Shown piece after piece: positions 53,283-62,897 of a DNA stretch of 64,000 nucleotides. The notes under the pieces were generated by a model. The model was not told the origin of the DNA. It saw nothing but the letters and a program-made list of their open reading frames with translations, and searched no databases. The stretch lies in sequence record NC_054913.1; one strand, 5' to 3'. Numbering within the stretch: position 1 is the first letter of the stretch; every line of letters starts with the position of its first letter. The DNA comes from Escherichia phage F2. Position numbers and translations under genes: made by a program.

Positions 53283-53576
53283 CTATTTTATAAAGACTTT
53301 TGACGAGGCCTGAGAAACAGTATCCCCGCATGAAATTGGGTCAGCCATTTGAACAGCCTTTTTACCGGTGACATATACTTTAGATGTACGAGGTTCAGTA
53401 ACACCTCCATGAGTCTCGTATGGTTTTTTAATTTCTGTATGAGGTGTTATTTGGTCTCCTGCCACAAGAACAGGAATACCGCCGGTGAATACTTTAGATT
53501 GGGAAGCATTTATTACAGTAGGAGGCCATGCTTCATGACCTGTTGTAACGCACTTGTCGTAACTTAAGCCAGACAT
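53283..53576 (-). CDS. 5.4: PAAR-repeat spike tip protein gp5.4
   Basis: 97 aa from internal ATG, as T4 gp5.4; Gly/Thr-rich beta-repeat composition. Confidence 0.7.
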   Translation of the reverse strand: MSGLSYDKCVTTGHEAWPPTVINASQSKVFTGGIPVLVAGDQITPHTEIKKPYETHGGVTEPRTSKVYVTGKKAVQMADPISCGDTVSQASSKVFIK

Positions 53577-53578
53577 TT

Positions 53579-54094
53579 TCACGGCCTCACATAAACATAG
53601 TTTCGTAATTGTTGAGCCCATTTGCTCCAATTTCCTACTATAGTTTTTGTATAAACCTTAGTAAGAGTTTTTTGTACTGGAGCCGGTGGAGGTTCTGTAC
53701 CAGAGTCACTTCTAGAACCGCCTGATGAACTTTCTTCTTGGTAGTTATAAATCATTTCAACCGTATAACTAAACACTTTACGAAGATTCTGAGGAGCTCT
53801 CCACAAATATAACTGTGTGGATTCATCTTTTGGTAAATCATCCCATGAAGATGCGGTTTCAAAATCATCATTTAATCGGTATTTCAATGCATCCGAAGAA
53901 AAGCTAAACACACTTTCATATGTTCCATATAAACGATTACCATCTACCGTAATGCCTTGTGTCGGTTCATAATCTGTTATATTTATTGACACTAAAGTTT
54001 CGGTTGTTTCTAACTGTGGAGTAAAAAGGACGTCAATAGACGCCCCTTCCATGTCTTCTCCTAAGTCGGTATTTAAAGGAAGTATATTAGCCAA
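53579..54094 (-). CDS. hypothetical protein (gene 5.x position)
   Basis: 171-aa ORF between the seg-like gene and 5.4. Confidence 0.5.
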   Translation of the reverse strand: MANILPLNTDLGEDMEGASIDVLFTPQLETTETLVSINITDYEPTQGITVDGNRLYGTYESVFSFSSDALKYRLNDDFETASSWDDLPKDESTQLYLWRAPQNLRKVFSYTVEMIYNYQEESSSGGSRSDSGTEPPPAPVQKTLTKVYTKTIVGNWSKWAQQLRNYVYVRP

Positions 54095-54950
54095 TTACTG
54101 AATTCTCCAATGGTGTAAATTTATAATCACATTTTTTCAATGCTTTTAAAATTGCGTTATAACTTACATCCGGTAGATTATGTTCAATTGCTTTTTCTCT
54201 AAACCATTTATATTTCTGCGGATGAGGTTTTCCCAAATCCTCCCAAAGTTTTTTGACTTTTTCAATACTAATCCAAGGTTCAACTGATCTTAGTTTTTTA
54301 TTTCTAGTATCTAATCTTGATTTTCTTATTAAAGGATTATTCCAGGATTTTTTCGTTCCTTCTATTTTTCCTGGATGATTAATTAATTTGTTTCTATATT
54401 CATCGGATTTCCATAAAGATTTGACAGTATTAGAAATACGAATTTTTAATGTGGGATCATTTTCAAAAGCAGTTTTCATCGCATTACTCATTTTCTTTCG
54501 ATATTCCGATTCCGAACATCTAAGTTTATTAATTTTTGAAATTTTTTCTGAAAATTCTTTTGTAGATTTTCCTTTTGCCAAAGCTTTAAGTTGAGTTTCT
54601 CGATACTCAGGATTAGACCACATTCGTTTTAAATCGTTTGAAGAAAATCCATCTCCACCGTCTTTTATATTAACACACTGGCCTGTTTTTCTATATTCAG
54701 ATATCCAAAATTTTTCTCTTTCATTTAAAACATCGAGTGTTGAAACGAATTCGATAATTTCGAAATCTATAGCATAGCCTGGTTTGTTTTTAATCTTTTG
54801 TATATAATCCCCGCTTCCTACGTAATTATCATCCTCTAGATTAAAATATCTGGATTCATGCTTTCCTATATATATTCGAACCAACCCCTTTGGGTTGGTT
54901 ACTGTTGATTTATAAATGTAACGGAATTGTATGGTTTTGGATTTCTTCAT
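54087..54950 (-). CDS. GIY-YIG homing endonuclease (segC-like position)
   Basis: FRYIYKSTVTNPKGLVRIYIGKH GIY-YIG motif; C-terminal Lys/Arg-rich NUMOD-like repeats. Confidence 0.7.
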   Translation of the reverse strand: MKKSKTIQFRYIYKSTVTNPKGLVRIYIGKHESRYFNLEDDNYVGSGDYIQKIKNKPGYAIDFEIIEFVSTLDVLNEREKFWISEYRKTGQCVNIKDGGDGFSSNDLKRMWSNPEYRETQLKALAKGKSTKEFSEKISKINKLRCSESEYRKKMSNAMKTAFENDPTLKIRISNTVKSLWKSDEYRNKLINHPGKIEGTKKSWNNPLIRKSRLDTRNKKLRSVEPWISIEKVKKLWEDLGKPHPQKYKWFREKAIEHNLPDVSYNAILKALKKCDYKFTPLENSVIG

Positions 54951-54965
54951 AATTTACCTCTGAAT

Positions 54966-54973
54966 TATTTATA
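54966..54973 (-). promoter_or_regulatory. late promoter for the seg-like gene
   Basis: TATTTATA on + 16 bp before the seg start, inside the gene 5 3' end. Confidence 0.45.
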
Positions 54974-56705
54974 ACCCGACATCCACACGGCTACCATCAA
55001 TTGTGTATTGACCAGATGAAATAGAACTCATAGATGCCATTGTTTCTGCCCAATCCCCGGCAACAGTCATATCAACATTACCATTAACAGTCCATTTAAC
55101 GTTTCCGTTGACGGTGTAATCATGATTCCCTTCGACCTGAGTTTTAGCATCACCTTTAACAAGAATATCTGCATTTCCGTCAACAACTATTTTGATATTA
55201 CCCTTAACGTAAAGAGTTCCATCGCCTTCAACAGTTTTAGATTGGTTACCGCGAATAAAGATTGTGTCATTGCCATCTATTTGATGGAGGCGGTCTGCCA
55301 TGTTATAATATATTTCATTAGCACCAACGTTAACAAGCTTATCGCCAGAAATCAAGAAGTTCCCATCACCATTAGTGATGTCAAAAAGGTCTTCTACAGT
55401 TTTACGAGTACGACGCCCAGACGGAGAAACTTCCTCATATGACCCTGTTGGATGAACTAAGCGATAACGTTCATTACCTGGAGTATCGTCAAATTCTTGG
55501 ATATGGCCGCTTTCTGTTTCCATAGCATGAACGTATGGATACTCACCACGATAACTTGATTCCGGTTCTTTAAAAAGGATACGTGAATCTAATGGAACAG
55601 GAGGACCAGCCGGGTCTTCTGGATCGGTATTTCTAGTAACTAAATCGGCACCAACTCCTGGTGAAGGCGGTGTTTTAACAGGAACGCCATATGATTCCAT
55701 GTTACCAGTTAAAATAATTGTTGTTACACGTGAAGCACGCCCTTTAGTCTGTTGGAACCATAACGAATCGCGTCCAGATTTGTATGCAGTTTTCCAATCA
55801 CCTGTGGCCATTGCTTTAAGCATAGTATTGAATTTTGCTACACCACCAACGCCCATCTGGAAGCACATGTTTTCTAATGCCATTTGGCGAGATCTGTTCA
55901 TTTTAGCATAAACAGGACCTACTTTAGAATTAGAACGAATGTCTTTTTGCATCTTAGCAAGGTCCTTCTCAAATAACGCTGTTGCTTCTTCTAATGTAAT
56001 AGTTCCCGGATTTCCTGTTACTTCACGCCCTACTTGATCAGATAACAATTTATTAATTCGAGACATATCTCGGGTTTTTTCCATTACTATAAGGTGTCCA
56101 ATACCTACTGTAGGATATCCGAGATGGTCCCAATACACTTTATCACGAAGACCTTCGTCACGACGTAACATTTCTGTTATTGTAAAATTAGGGTCATCAT
56201 CTTCTGGAATATTTGCTAAATCTGTATCGTCTGGGTTTATACCATAATCCAAGTTGTTATCTTGAATTACGTTAGAGTTTGAATAATAACCAGCTTCGCC
56301 GCCTTGGTTTAATACGTTCGTATCATTACCTAAACGTCGCGGATACTGGCCTGTCGGGTCTGAAAAACCTTCAAGTCTATTAGGCTTTTCACGTACTATT
56401 CCGCCATATGTACCAAGTACAATCCCGTTTGTTTTCCATTTGTCTAAAAAATGACCATATACTCGAGTTCCTTCAACAGGACCTGTAACAGAACCACCAA
56501 TACCTGACATTGATGCAGACGTAATAGGTTGAATAACAGTCATCCATGGAAGTTTTTCTGTAGGAATACCTTGTACATCACCTTGTGTTCTCTGCGCCGG
56601 ATGAAGACCAACGACTCGAACTCGAACTCGCCCTTGTTTTAATGGGTCCATTCTATCCTCGACAACACCCACGAACCAATTAAGGCTACTGCTAATCATT
56701 TCCAT
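54969..56705 (-). CDS. 5: baseplate central spike and tail lysozyme gp5
   Basis: 578 aa versus T4 575; lysozyme block DEGLRDKVYWDHLGYPTVGIGHL; C-terminal beta-helix VxGxxxxx repeats. Confidence 0.9.
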   Translation of the reverse strand: MEMISSSLNWFVGVVEDRMDPLKQGRVRVRVVGLHPAQRTQGDVQGIPTEKLPWMTVIQPITSASMSGIGGSVTGPVEGTRVYGHFLDKWKTNGIVLGTYGGIVREKPNRLEGFSDPTGQYPRRLGNDTNVLNQGGEAGYYSNSNVIQDNNLDYGINPDDTDLANIPEDDDPNFTITEMLRRDEGLRDKVYWDHLGYPTVGIGHLIVMEKTRDMSRINKLLSDQVGREVTGNPGTITLEEATALFEKDLAKMQKDIRSNSKVGPVYAKMNRSRQMALENMCFQMGVGGVAKFNTMLKAMATGDWKTAYKSGRDSLWFQQTKGRASRVTTIILTGNMESYGVPVKTPPSPGVGADLVTRNTDPEDPAGPPVPLDSRILFKEPESSYRGEYPYVHAMETESGHIQEFDDTPGNERYRLVHPTGSYEEVSPSGRRTRKTVEDLFDITNGDGNFLISGDKLVNVGANEIYYNMADRLHQIDGNDTIFIRGNQSKTVEGDGTLYVKGNIKIVVDGNADILVKGDAKTQVEGNHDYTVNGNVKWTVNGNVDMTVAGDWAETMASMSSISSGQYTIDGSRVDVGL

Positions 56706-57280
56706 TATGCAATCTCCATCTCACGAATCAAATCAGTAATAAACGAGTTTATATCTTCTTTTGCAACAATTTTTATTTTACGAAGTTTTTCATTATTTAA
56801 TATTGCCGCTTCATAAGTATCTACTGCAGCTAAAGGTCCTTTATATTGCGGGTACTTACGAGCTTCATCACCTTTATCATACCACACTAAAGGCTCATCA
56901 GGATATGAAACTAAATTGTAAAATTTCTCACGGTTCTCGTTAATATGGTAAAGAATTTGGTCTCCACCAGCATTTGCATATTTCTGAATAGACGCTTGAT
57001 ACGCTGCTTCCTGAGATGTAATCCAACCATAATACGGATCATAGTTATCATTACACATCAAAAGGACCCAGTATAATTGAGGGTTGCCATAAATTATGTT
57101 TGCTAGTTCTTCAGGACGTGGAGAGCCTTTAATGTAATAAGAACGTAATCTATAATTGGCAGCAACACGTTTAAAGTACTCTTTATAGTTACGAAATATG
57201 TCTGTCATAGGAATAGTAGGTGCATTCTTATCAACTGTTTTAGCACTATATCCTATTGGGTCGAAGAATGTAAATAACAA
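56705..57280 (-). CDS. 53: baseplate wedge protein gp53
   Basis: 191 aa versus T4 196; synteny. Confidence 0.75.
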   Translation of the reverse strand: MLFTFFDPIGYSAKTVDKNAPTIPMTDIFRNYKEYFKRVAANYRLRSYYIKGSPRPEELANIIYGNPQLYWVLLMCNDNYDPYYGWITSQEAAYQASIQKYANAGGDQILYHINENREKFYNLVSYPDEPLVWYDKGDEARKYPQYKGPLAAVDTYEAAILNNEKLRKIKIVAKEDINSFITDLIREMEIA

Positions 57281-57307
57281 AATAGTCTCCTTCCAATATG
57301 AAATTGG

Positions 57308-57330
57308 TATAAATAATAATACTATTTATA
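57308..57330. promoter_or_regulatory. divergent late promoters for gene 4 (+) and gene 53 (-)
   Basis: TATAAATA on + at 57308-57315 and TATTTATA at 57323-57330. Confidence 0.5.
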
Positions 57331-57341
57331 AGGAGGACAAC

Positions 57342-57791
57342 ATGGCCTACTCTGGTAAATGGGTCCCGAAAAATTTAAAAAAATACCGTGGAGACCATAC
57401 CAAAATAACGTATCGTTCAAACTGGGAAAAATTCTTTTTCGAATGGTTGGATAAAAATCCAGAAATTATTGCATGGGGCAGCGAAACGGCAGTAATTCCA
57501 TATTTTTGTAATGCTGAAGGTAAGAAACGTCGATACTATATGGACATATGGATGAAAGATGCATCAGGTCAAGAGTTCTTTGTAGAAATAAAACCAAAGA
57601 AAGAAACTCAGCCACCTATTAAGCCTGCAAATCTTACTACCGCAGCAAAGAAACGTTATATGAATGAAATATACACCTGGTCTGTGAACTGCGACAAATG
57701 GAAAGCTGCTTCTGCTGTCGCAGAAAAGAGAAATATAAAATTTCGAGTTCTAACCGAAGACGGACTTAGGAAACTCGGATACAAGGGGTAA
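57342..57791 (+). CDS. 4: head completion protein gp4
   Basis: 149 aa from ATG 57342 after AGGAGG; N-terminus [11 protein letters not shown]...[27 protein letters not shown] as T4 gp4. Confidence 0.8.
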   Translation: MAYSGKWVPKNLKKYRGDHTKITYRSNWEKFFFEWLDKNPEIIAWGSETAVIPYFCNAEGKKRRYYMDIWMKDASGQEFFVEIKPKKETQPPIKPANLTTAAKKRYMNEIYTWSVNCDKWKAASAVAEKRNIKFRVLTEDGLRKLGYKG

Positions 57792-57793
57792 TT

Positions 57794-58615
57794 ATGAGCA
57801 TATTCCAAATTATATCTGAAGGCGTACAAGCCCCTAAGATTGCTCAGTCTATGAATGAAAGAAAATGGATTGAGATAGGATTAGAATACAAGAAAGCTAA
57901 AGAGAAAGGAATCACTGCAAAAGCATTTGCAGAATCAAAAGGAATAAAATACTCGTCGTTTACATCTGCAATGTCTAGATATGCATCATCTATTAAGACT
58001 GCACAGAAAATTGAAACACTTGAATCTAAACCTAAAAATAAACTCAATAAGCAAGAACGTCAACTTCTGATGATAAACTCGTTTCGCAGTTCAATACGAG
58101 AAAAGATTAGAAATGAAGGCGCAGCAGTAAACAACAAATCATCGAAGTGGTTTGTTGAAACAATTAAGAAAAGTGTAAAAGGTCATAAAGTAGTCAAGCC
58201 TACGCCAGGCAAAATTTATACTTACGTGTATGATGCTAAACATAAAGATACTCTGCCATACTGGGACCGATATCCTTTGATTATTTATTTAGGATTAGGT
58301 AAACATAATTTGATGTATGGGTTAAACTTGCACTATATCCCACCTAAAGCACGACAACAGTTTCTTGAAGAATTGCTGAAGCAATATGCTAGCACAACTA
58401 CTATTACTAATAACACAAAGTTGAAGATAGACTGGAGCAAGGTGAAAGGATTTCAAGGTGCTGACAAAATGATTAAAGCATACCTGCCAGGCCACATTAG
58501 AGGAACAATAACAGAAATCGCTCCTAAAGACTGGGCTAACATAATCATGTTACCTACTCAGCAATTTATGTCAAAAGGAAAACGTTTCTCTGCGAATACT
58601 GTTTGGAAATCTTAA
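57794..58615 (+). CDS. 2: DNA end-protector protein gp2
   Basis: 273 aa versus T4 274. Confidence 0.8.
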   Translation: MSIFQIISEGVQAPKIAQSMNERKWIEIGLEYKKAKEKGITAKAFAESKGIKYSSFTSAMSRYASSIKTAQKIETLESKPKNKLNKQERQLLMINSFRSSIREKIRNEGAAVNNKSSKWFVETIKKSVKGHKVVKPTPGKIYTYVYDAKHKDTLPYWDRYPLIIYLGLGKHNLMYGLNLHYIPPKARQQFLEELLKQYASTTTITNNTKLKIDWSKVKGFQGADKMIKAYLPGHIRGTITEIAPKDWANIIMLPTQQFMSKGKRFSANTVWKS

Positions 58616-58717
58616 TTCTATTCTCTTCCGTTCTTCTGATATTCTGTTGAACCAGATTAATGGAAGAGACCTAAAACCATTATACTGCATTTTTATTAAA
58701 GCGTTTTTGAGGTGCTT

Positions 58718-59302
58718 ATGACTCGTCCAACGAGACAGATTTTTAACCAAACAAATATAACAAACTTTGTTGTGGATATCCCGGATAGTACACGAACTTC
58801 AGGTTTTGTGCTCAATGCCCAAACGGCACCGTTGCCAGGTGTGAGAATTCCTGTTGTTGAAACCGTGACAGGCACAATGGGGTTAGGACGTGCAATGCGC
58901 GCAGGCACCACATTTGAATATGACCCTTTTGTTGTACGATTTATAGTTGATGAAGACATGACGTCCTGGATGAACATGTATAAATGGATGCTCAGCACTA
59001 ATAACTATATAACCGGACATAATACGGCCCACTCCGATGGTCCTGAGTTTGTTACTTTGCACATTTTAAACAACAATAAGACCGAAGTAGTTTTGACGGC
59101 AAATTTCTATAAACCATGGATTTCTGATTTGAGTGAAATTGAATTTAGTTACACCGAAGACTCTGACCCTGCCGTTACGTGCGTAGCAACTATTCACTAC
59201 GCGTATATGACGATAGAAAAGGATGGCGAAGTCATTGTATCTCAACAACCACGTCAAGCAGTCGAATCTAAATCCATTTCTAGACACCCTTCCTTGCGTT
59301 AA
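58718..59302 (+). CDS. 3: tail completion / sheath terminator protein gp3
   Basis: 194 aa from ATG 58718 after GAGGTG (T4 gp3 176 aa); synteny 4-2-3-1. Confidence 0.7.
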   Translation: MTRPTRQIFNQTNITNFVVDIPDSTRTSGFVLNAQTAPLPGVRIPVVETVTGTMGLGRAMRAGTTFEYDPFVVRFIVDEDMTSWMNMYKWMLSTNNYITGHNTAHSDGPEFVTLHILNNNKTEVVLTANFYKPWISDLSEIEFSYTEDSDPAVTCVATIHYAYMTIEKDGEVIVSQQPRQAVESKSISRHPSLR

Positions 59303-59355
59303 TCGCTTCTAGCTCCGTATGTTATAATCACTCATAAATTATATGAGGAAAACCT

Positions 59356-60090
59356 ATGGAGCTAATCTTTTTAAGCGGCATCAAACGTAGTGGTAAAGAC
59401 ACCACTGCCGATTACATCAATTCAAACTTTAAATCCGTAAAATACCAATTGGCCTATCCGATTAAAGACGCCCTAGCAATAGCCTGGGGACGTAGACATG
59501 CCGAAAACCCTGATGTATTCACTGAGTTGAAATATGAATACTTTGAAGGCATTGGATACGACCGTGAAACACCATTAAATCTCAATAAGTTGGATGTTAT
59601 TGAATTATTGGAAGAAGCGCTAATTTATTTACAAAGTCAATATTTACCAATTAATAATGTTAAAGTATTATCATCATTAGAAGGTGGGTATTCATATCTA
59701 GATATTAAACCATATGAAGCCCTGCGTGAAGCTATAAATAATATCAACGACACATGGTCAATCCGCCGTCTTATGCAAGCCCTCGGTACGGATGTTGTCG
59801 TTAATTTATTTGACCGTATGTATTGGGTTAAACTTTTTGCATTAAACTATATGGATTATATTGGAAGTGATTTCGATTACTATGTTGTAACCGATACACG
59901 CCAAGTCCATGAAATGGAAACCGCTAGAGCGATGGGTGCTACAGTTATTCATGTGGTTCGCTCTGGTACGGAATCCACTGATAAACATATTACAGAAGCT
60001 GGGTTGCCTATTGAAGAAGGCGATTTAGTTATTACAAACGACGGCTCTTTAGAAGAGCTTTATTCTAAAATTGAAACAATCTTAAGGTAA
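59356..60090 (+). CDS. 1: deoxynucleoside monophosphate kinase gp1
   Basis: 244 aa versus T4 241; P-loop GIKRSGKDT. Confidence 0.85.
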   Translation: MELIFLSGIKRSGKDTTADYINSNFKSVKYQLAYPIKDALAIAWGRRHAENPDVFTELKYEYFEGIGYDRETPLNLNKLDVIELLEEALIYLQSQYLPINNVKVLSSLEGGYSYLDIKPYEALREAINNINDTWSIRRLMQALGTDVVVNLFDRMYWVKLFALNYMDYIGSDFDYYVVTDTRQVHEMETARAMGATVIHVVRSGTESTDKHITEAGLPIEEGDLVITNDGSLEELYSKIETILR

Positions 60091-60094
60091 TAAA

Positions 60095-60780
<686 letters not shown>

Positions 60781-60793
60781 TTTTCACAAAACA

Positions 60794-60829
60794 GTTTACA
60801 TAAGGATGATGGTGTGTTACTATCATCCT
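60794..60829 (+). promoter_or_regulatory. T4-type early promoter with stem-loop (PeSL-like)
   Basis: GTTTAC at 60794-60799, TACTAT at 60818-60823; 8-bp inverted repeat AGGATGAT / ATCATCCT around the -10. Confidence 0.6.
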
Positions 60830-60857
60830 ATCAAATAAACGACCTCAAGGAAATAAA

Positions 60858-61145
60858 ATGAAAACCTATAAAGAATTTATATCACCTGTTGCTAACGTTT
60901 CTACTCTGACCGAAGCAACCCTTACTTCCGAAGTTATTAAAGCAAATAAAGGACGTGAGGGTAAACCAATGATTAGTCTGGTTGACGGCGAAGAAGTAAA
61001 AGGTACTGTTTACTTAGGGGATGGATGGTCTGCTAAGAAAGATGGCGCTACTATTGTTATCTCTCCGGCTGAAGAGACTGCACTGTTTAAAGCTAAGCAT
61101 ATTTCTGTAGCTCAGCTTAAAATTATTGCAAAAACTCTTCTGTAA
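60858..61145 (+). CDS. internal-protein-like capsid-packaged protein
   Basis: 95 aa; N-terminus MKTYKEFISPVANVSTLTE matches the T4 internal-protein capsid-targeting sequence (MKTYQEFIAE, recalled) and an L-x-E protease-site pattern. Confidence 0.6.
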   Translation: MKTYKEFISPVANVSTLTEATLTSEVIKANKGREGKPMISLVDGEEVKGTVYLGDGWSAKKDGATIVISPAEETALFKAKHISVAQLKIIAKTLL

Positions 61146-61149
61146 AGTA

Positions 61150-61186
61150 GTTTACATGCTGATAGGACTATGTTATAGTAGTCCTA
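61150..61186 (+). promoter_or_regulatory. T4-type early promoter with stem-loop (PeSL-like)
   Basis: GTTTAC at 61150-61155, TATAGT at 61174-61179; perfect 9-bp inverted repeat ATAGGACTA / TAGTCCTAT. Confidence 0.6.
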
Positions 61187-61216
61187 TCAAATCAAATGAG
61201 TAAATGGAGAAATAAA

Positions 61217-61402
61217 ATGAAACGCGCTGAACTGATTCGTAATGTTGCTGTAGTAATTGCTTCAATGGCTTTTAGTTTTTCGATGTTTGTAGGATTCATT
61301 TGTGGACTACTGACAACAACAGAAAATTCTATCTCATTGGTAGTAGCATTTCTAATCGGTTTAATCGCTATCGTTATGGATAAAATTTCTAAAGGTGAAT
61401 AG
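61217..61402 (+). CDS. small membrane protein (61 aa, two predicted TM helices)
   Basis: ATG 61217 after GGAGAAATAAAATG; hydrophobic stretches VAVVIASMAFSFSMFVGFICGLL and LVVAFLIGLIAIVM. Confidence 0.45.
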   Translation: MKRAELIRNVAVVIASMAFSFSMFVGFICGLLTTTENSISLVVAFLIGLIAIVMDKISKGE

Positions 61403-61403
61403 A

Positions 61404-61778
61404 ATGTATAAAGTGTACGCGGATTATCAGGCTAATCCATCTGAAAAGCCAGATTGCCAAATTGGATGGGCTCATGATACCCTGCTTGAAGCAGTAGATG
61501 CTGCTCAAAAATTAGGATATAGTTATGTGGATATTGTTCAACCTGGTGGAACAGTTATTACTCTTGAAGAGTTTAATAATATTAAACCAAACTTTTTACT
61601 TTTTGCAGGTGATAATTATTATCCTCGTGGTGGATATGCTGATTTAATCGCGAAAGCCGCTACTGAAGATGAATTACGCCAAATTATTGAAGACAATAAA
61701 TCAAAACGATTTGGCGATAGTTTTGACTGGTGGCAAATCGTAAATGCCCATACACATACTATTGTTGATAAAGGTTAA
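61404..61778 (+). CDS. hypothetical protein (124 aa)
   Basis: ATG 61404 after AAAGGTG; ORF. Confidence 0.5.
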   Translation: MYKVYADYQANPSEKPDCQIGWAHDTLLEAVDAAQKLGYSYVDIVQPGGTVITLEEFNNIKPNFLLFAGDNYYPRGGYADLIAKAATEDELRQIIEDNKSKRFGDSFDWWQIVNAHTHTIVDKG

Positions 61779-61780
61779 TA

Positions 61781-62071
61781 ATGATTCTTTATGCGAAAGT
61801 ATCATCCATTGAAAATGGATATAAATATGATCAAGAAGCAGCTAAAGCCTTGATTGATGATTATGGCATTTTAACATGTTTTGAAGTTGAAAAGGTTTAC
61901 ATCGACCGTTCGTCTTCACAGGTTAAATTACTCTGTGAAGATGATAAATTTAACACAGTTAACTTTGATTTCTTTATTGAAACAGAAAAAGGTCCTCTTG
62001 AATATGATATTTTCAAGAATCCTTTGAAATTACGTTGCATTGAATATAATTACATTAATACGGTACGGTGA
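61781..62071 (+). CDS. hypothetical protein (96 aa)
   Basis: tightly packed ORF. Confidence 0.5.
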   Translation: MILYAKVSSIENGYKYDQEAAKALIDDYGILTCFEVEKVYIDRSSSQVKLLCEDDKFNTVNFDFFIETEKGPLEYDIFKNPLKLRCIEYNYINTVR

Positions 62072-62075
62072 TTAA

Positions 62076-62591
62076 ATGAATATTTGTTTAGGCAGTACAA
62101 TTCCTAAAGGTTATGTAATTGATGTCACTACTTGGGAAAATGACGGTGACAACTATAAAACCAAAACATTATTTGGTGTAGAAGAGCATGAGCTCCAACA
62201 GTTTAAATATCTCTTGAAGAAATTTAAGAGTCGTCATTCTAGTACTAAAGCTGAACGTTACTGTGGTAATACACTATTCAGTGATTGCTCGCTTTTAATC
62301 TATGAATACTTGGTTGAAGGACTGTTCTCAGACCAGCTTTATCCAGAATTCATTAAAAAGGTCTTTGATATTGAAGTCGACCTCGGTAATAAATCTGAAG
62401 AAGACGAATCACGTGTATTTGACCTGTTCCGTGAGAATGGATATTTGGTATCAGAAGGTCTCACTGATATTCTTGGCCATGCTTCCGAATATTATGATTA
62501 TGATTTCTTGCGTGTAGTTGAACGTGTCGAATTTGCTTATATTGAAGAAGAAATCGTTTTGCCAACCGTTAAAATGATTGATTTGCTTTAA
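62076..62591 (+). CDS. hypothetical protein (171 aa)
   Basis: ORF; acidic C-terminal half. Confidence 0.5.
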   Translation: MNICLGSTIPKGYVIDVTTWENDGDNYKTKTLFGVEEHELQQFKYLLKKFKSRHSSTKAERYCGNTLFSDCSLLIYEYLVEGLFSDQLYPEFIKKVFDIEVDLGNKSEEDESRVFDLFRENGYLVSEGLTDILGHASEYYDYDFLRVVERVEFAYIEEEIVLPTVKMIDLL

Positions 62592-62670
62592 GAATTATGT
62601 GTTATTATTAATTCATACCCTCTATTACCAAAGGTGCTCTAAAGTGCCTTTCATAATAGAAAGTTATTTA

Positions 62671-62745
62671 GGCCCTGTAGCTCAATGGGAGAGCTGTCAG
62701 CTCATAACTGATAGGTAGCTGGATCGAAACCAGCCAGGGCCACCA
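62671..62745 (+). tRNA. tRNA with CAU anticodon (Met, or lysidine-modified Ile2)
   Basis: manual cloverleaf: acceptor GGCCCTG/CAGGGCC, D arm GCTC/GAGC, anticodon loop CTCATAA, T arm GCTGG-ATCGAAA-CCAGC, encoded CCA. Confidence 0.8.
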
Positions 62746-62751
62746 AACAAA

Positions 62752-62823
62752 TGGTGCATCGTATAAAGGTTATTACGGGGAGCTGTTAACTCCTTTATCT
62801 TGGTTCGAGTCCAAGTGCGCCAG
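62752..62823 (+). tRNA. tRNA-Asn (GUU anticodon), putative
   Basis: manual fold: acceptor TGGTGCA/TGCGCCA with one G-U pair, anticodon loop CTGTTAA, T arm CTTGG-TTCGAGT-CCAAG; D stem has one mismatch. Confidence 0.55.
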
Positions 62824-62868
62824 TAATTTAAACGAAGTAAATTAAGTGCTCTATCCAAATAATAAATA

Positions 62869-62887
62869 CTCCTATATTTTATAGGAG
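62869..62887 (+). promoter_or_regulatory. RBS-sequestering hairpin upstream of the endonuclease gene
   Basis: CTCCTATA-TTT-TATAGGAG perfect 8-bp stem containing the Shine-Dalgarno GGAG; AATAAATA late-promoter-like box at 62861-62868. Confidence 0.5.
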
Positions 62888-62897
62888 ATAATTGGTA

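Noticed and set aside
51301-53331. Gene 6 starting at the first in-frame ATG (676 aa)
   Set aside because: An internal ATG at 53274 gives the conserved MANTPVNYQL N-terminus with an AGGA RBS and avoids overlapping gene 5.4, so the shorter start was preferred.
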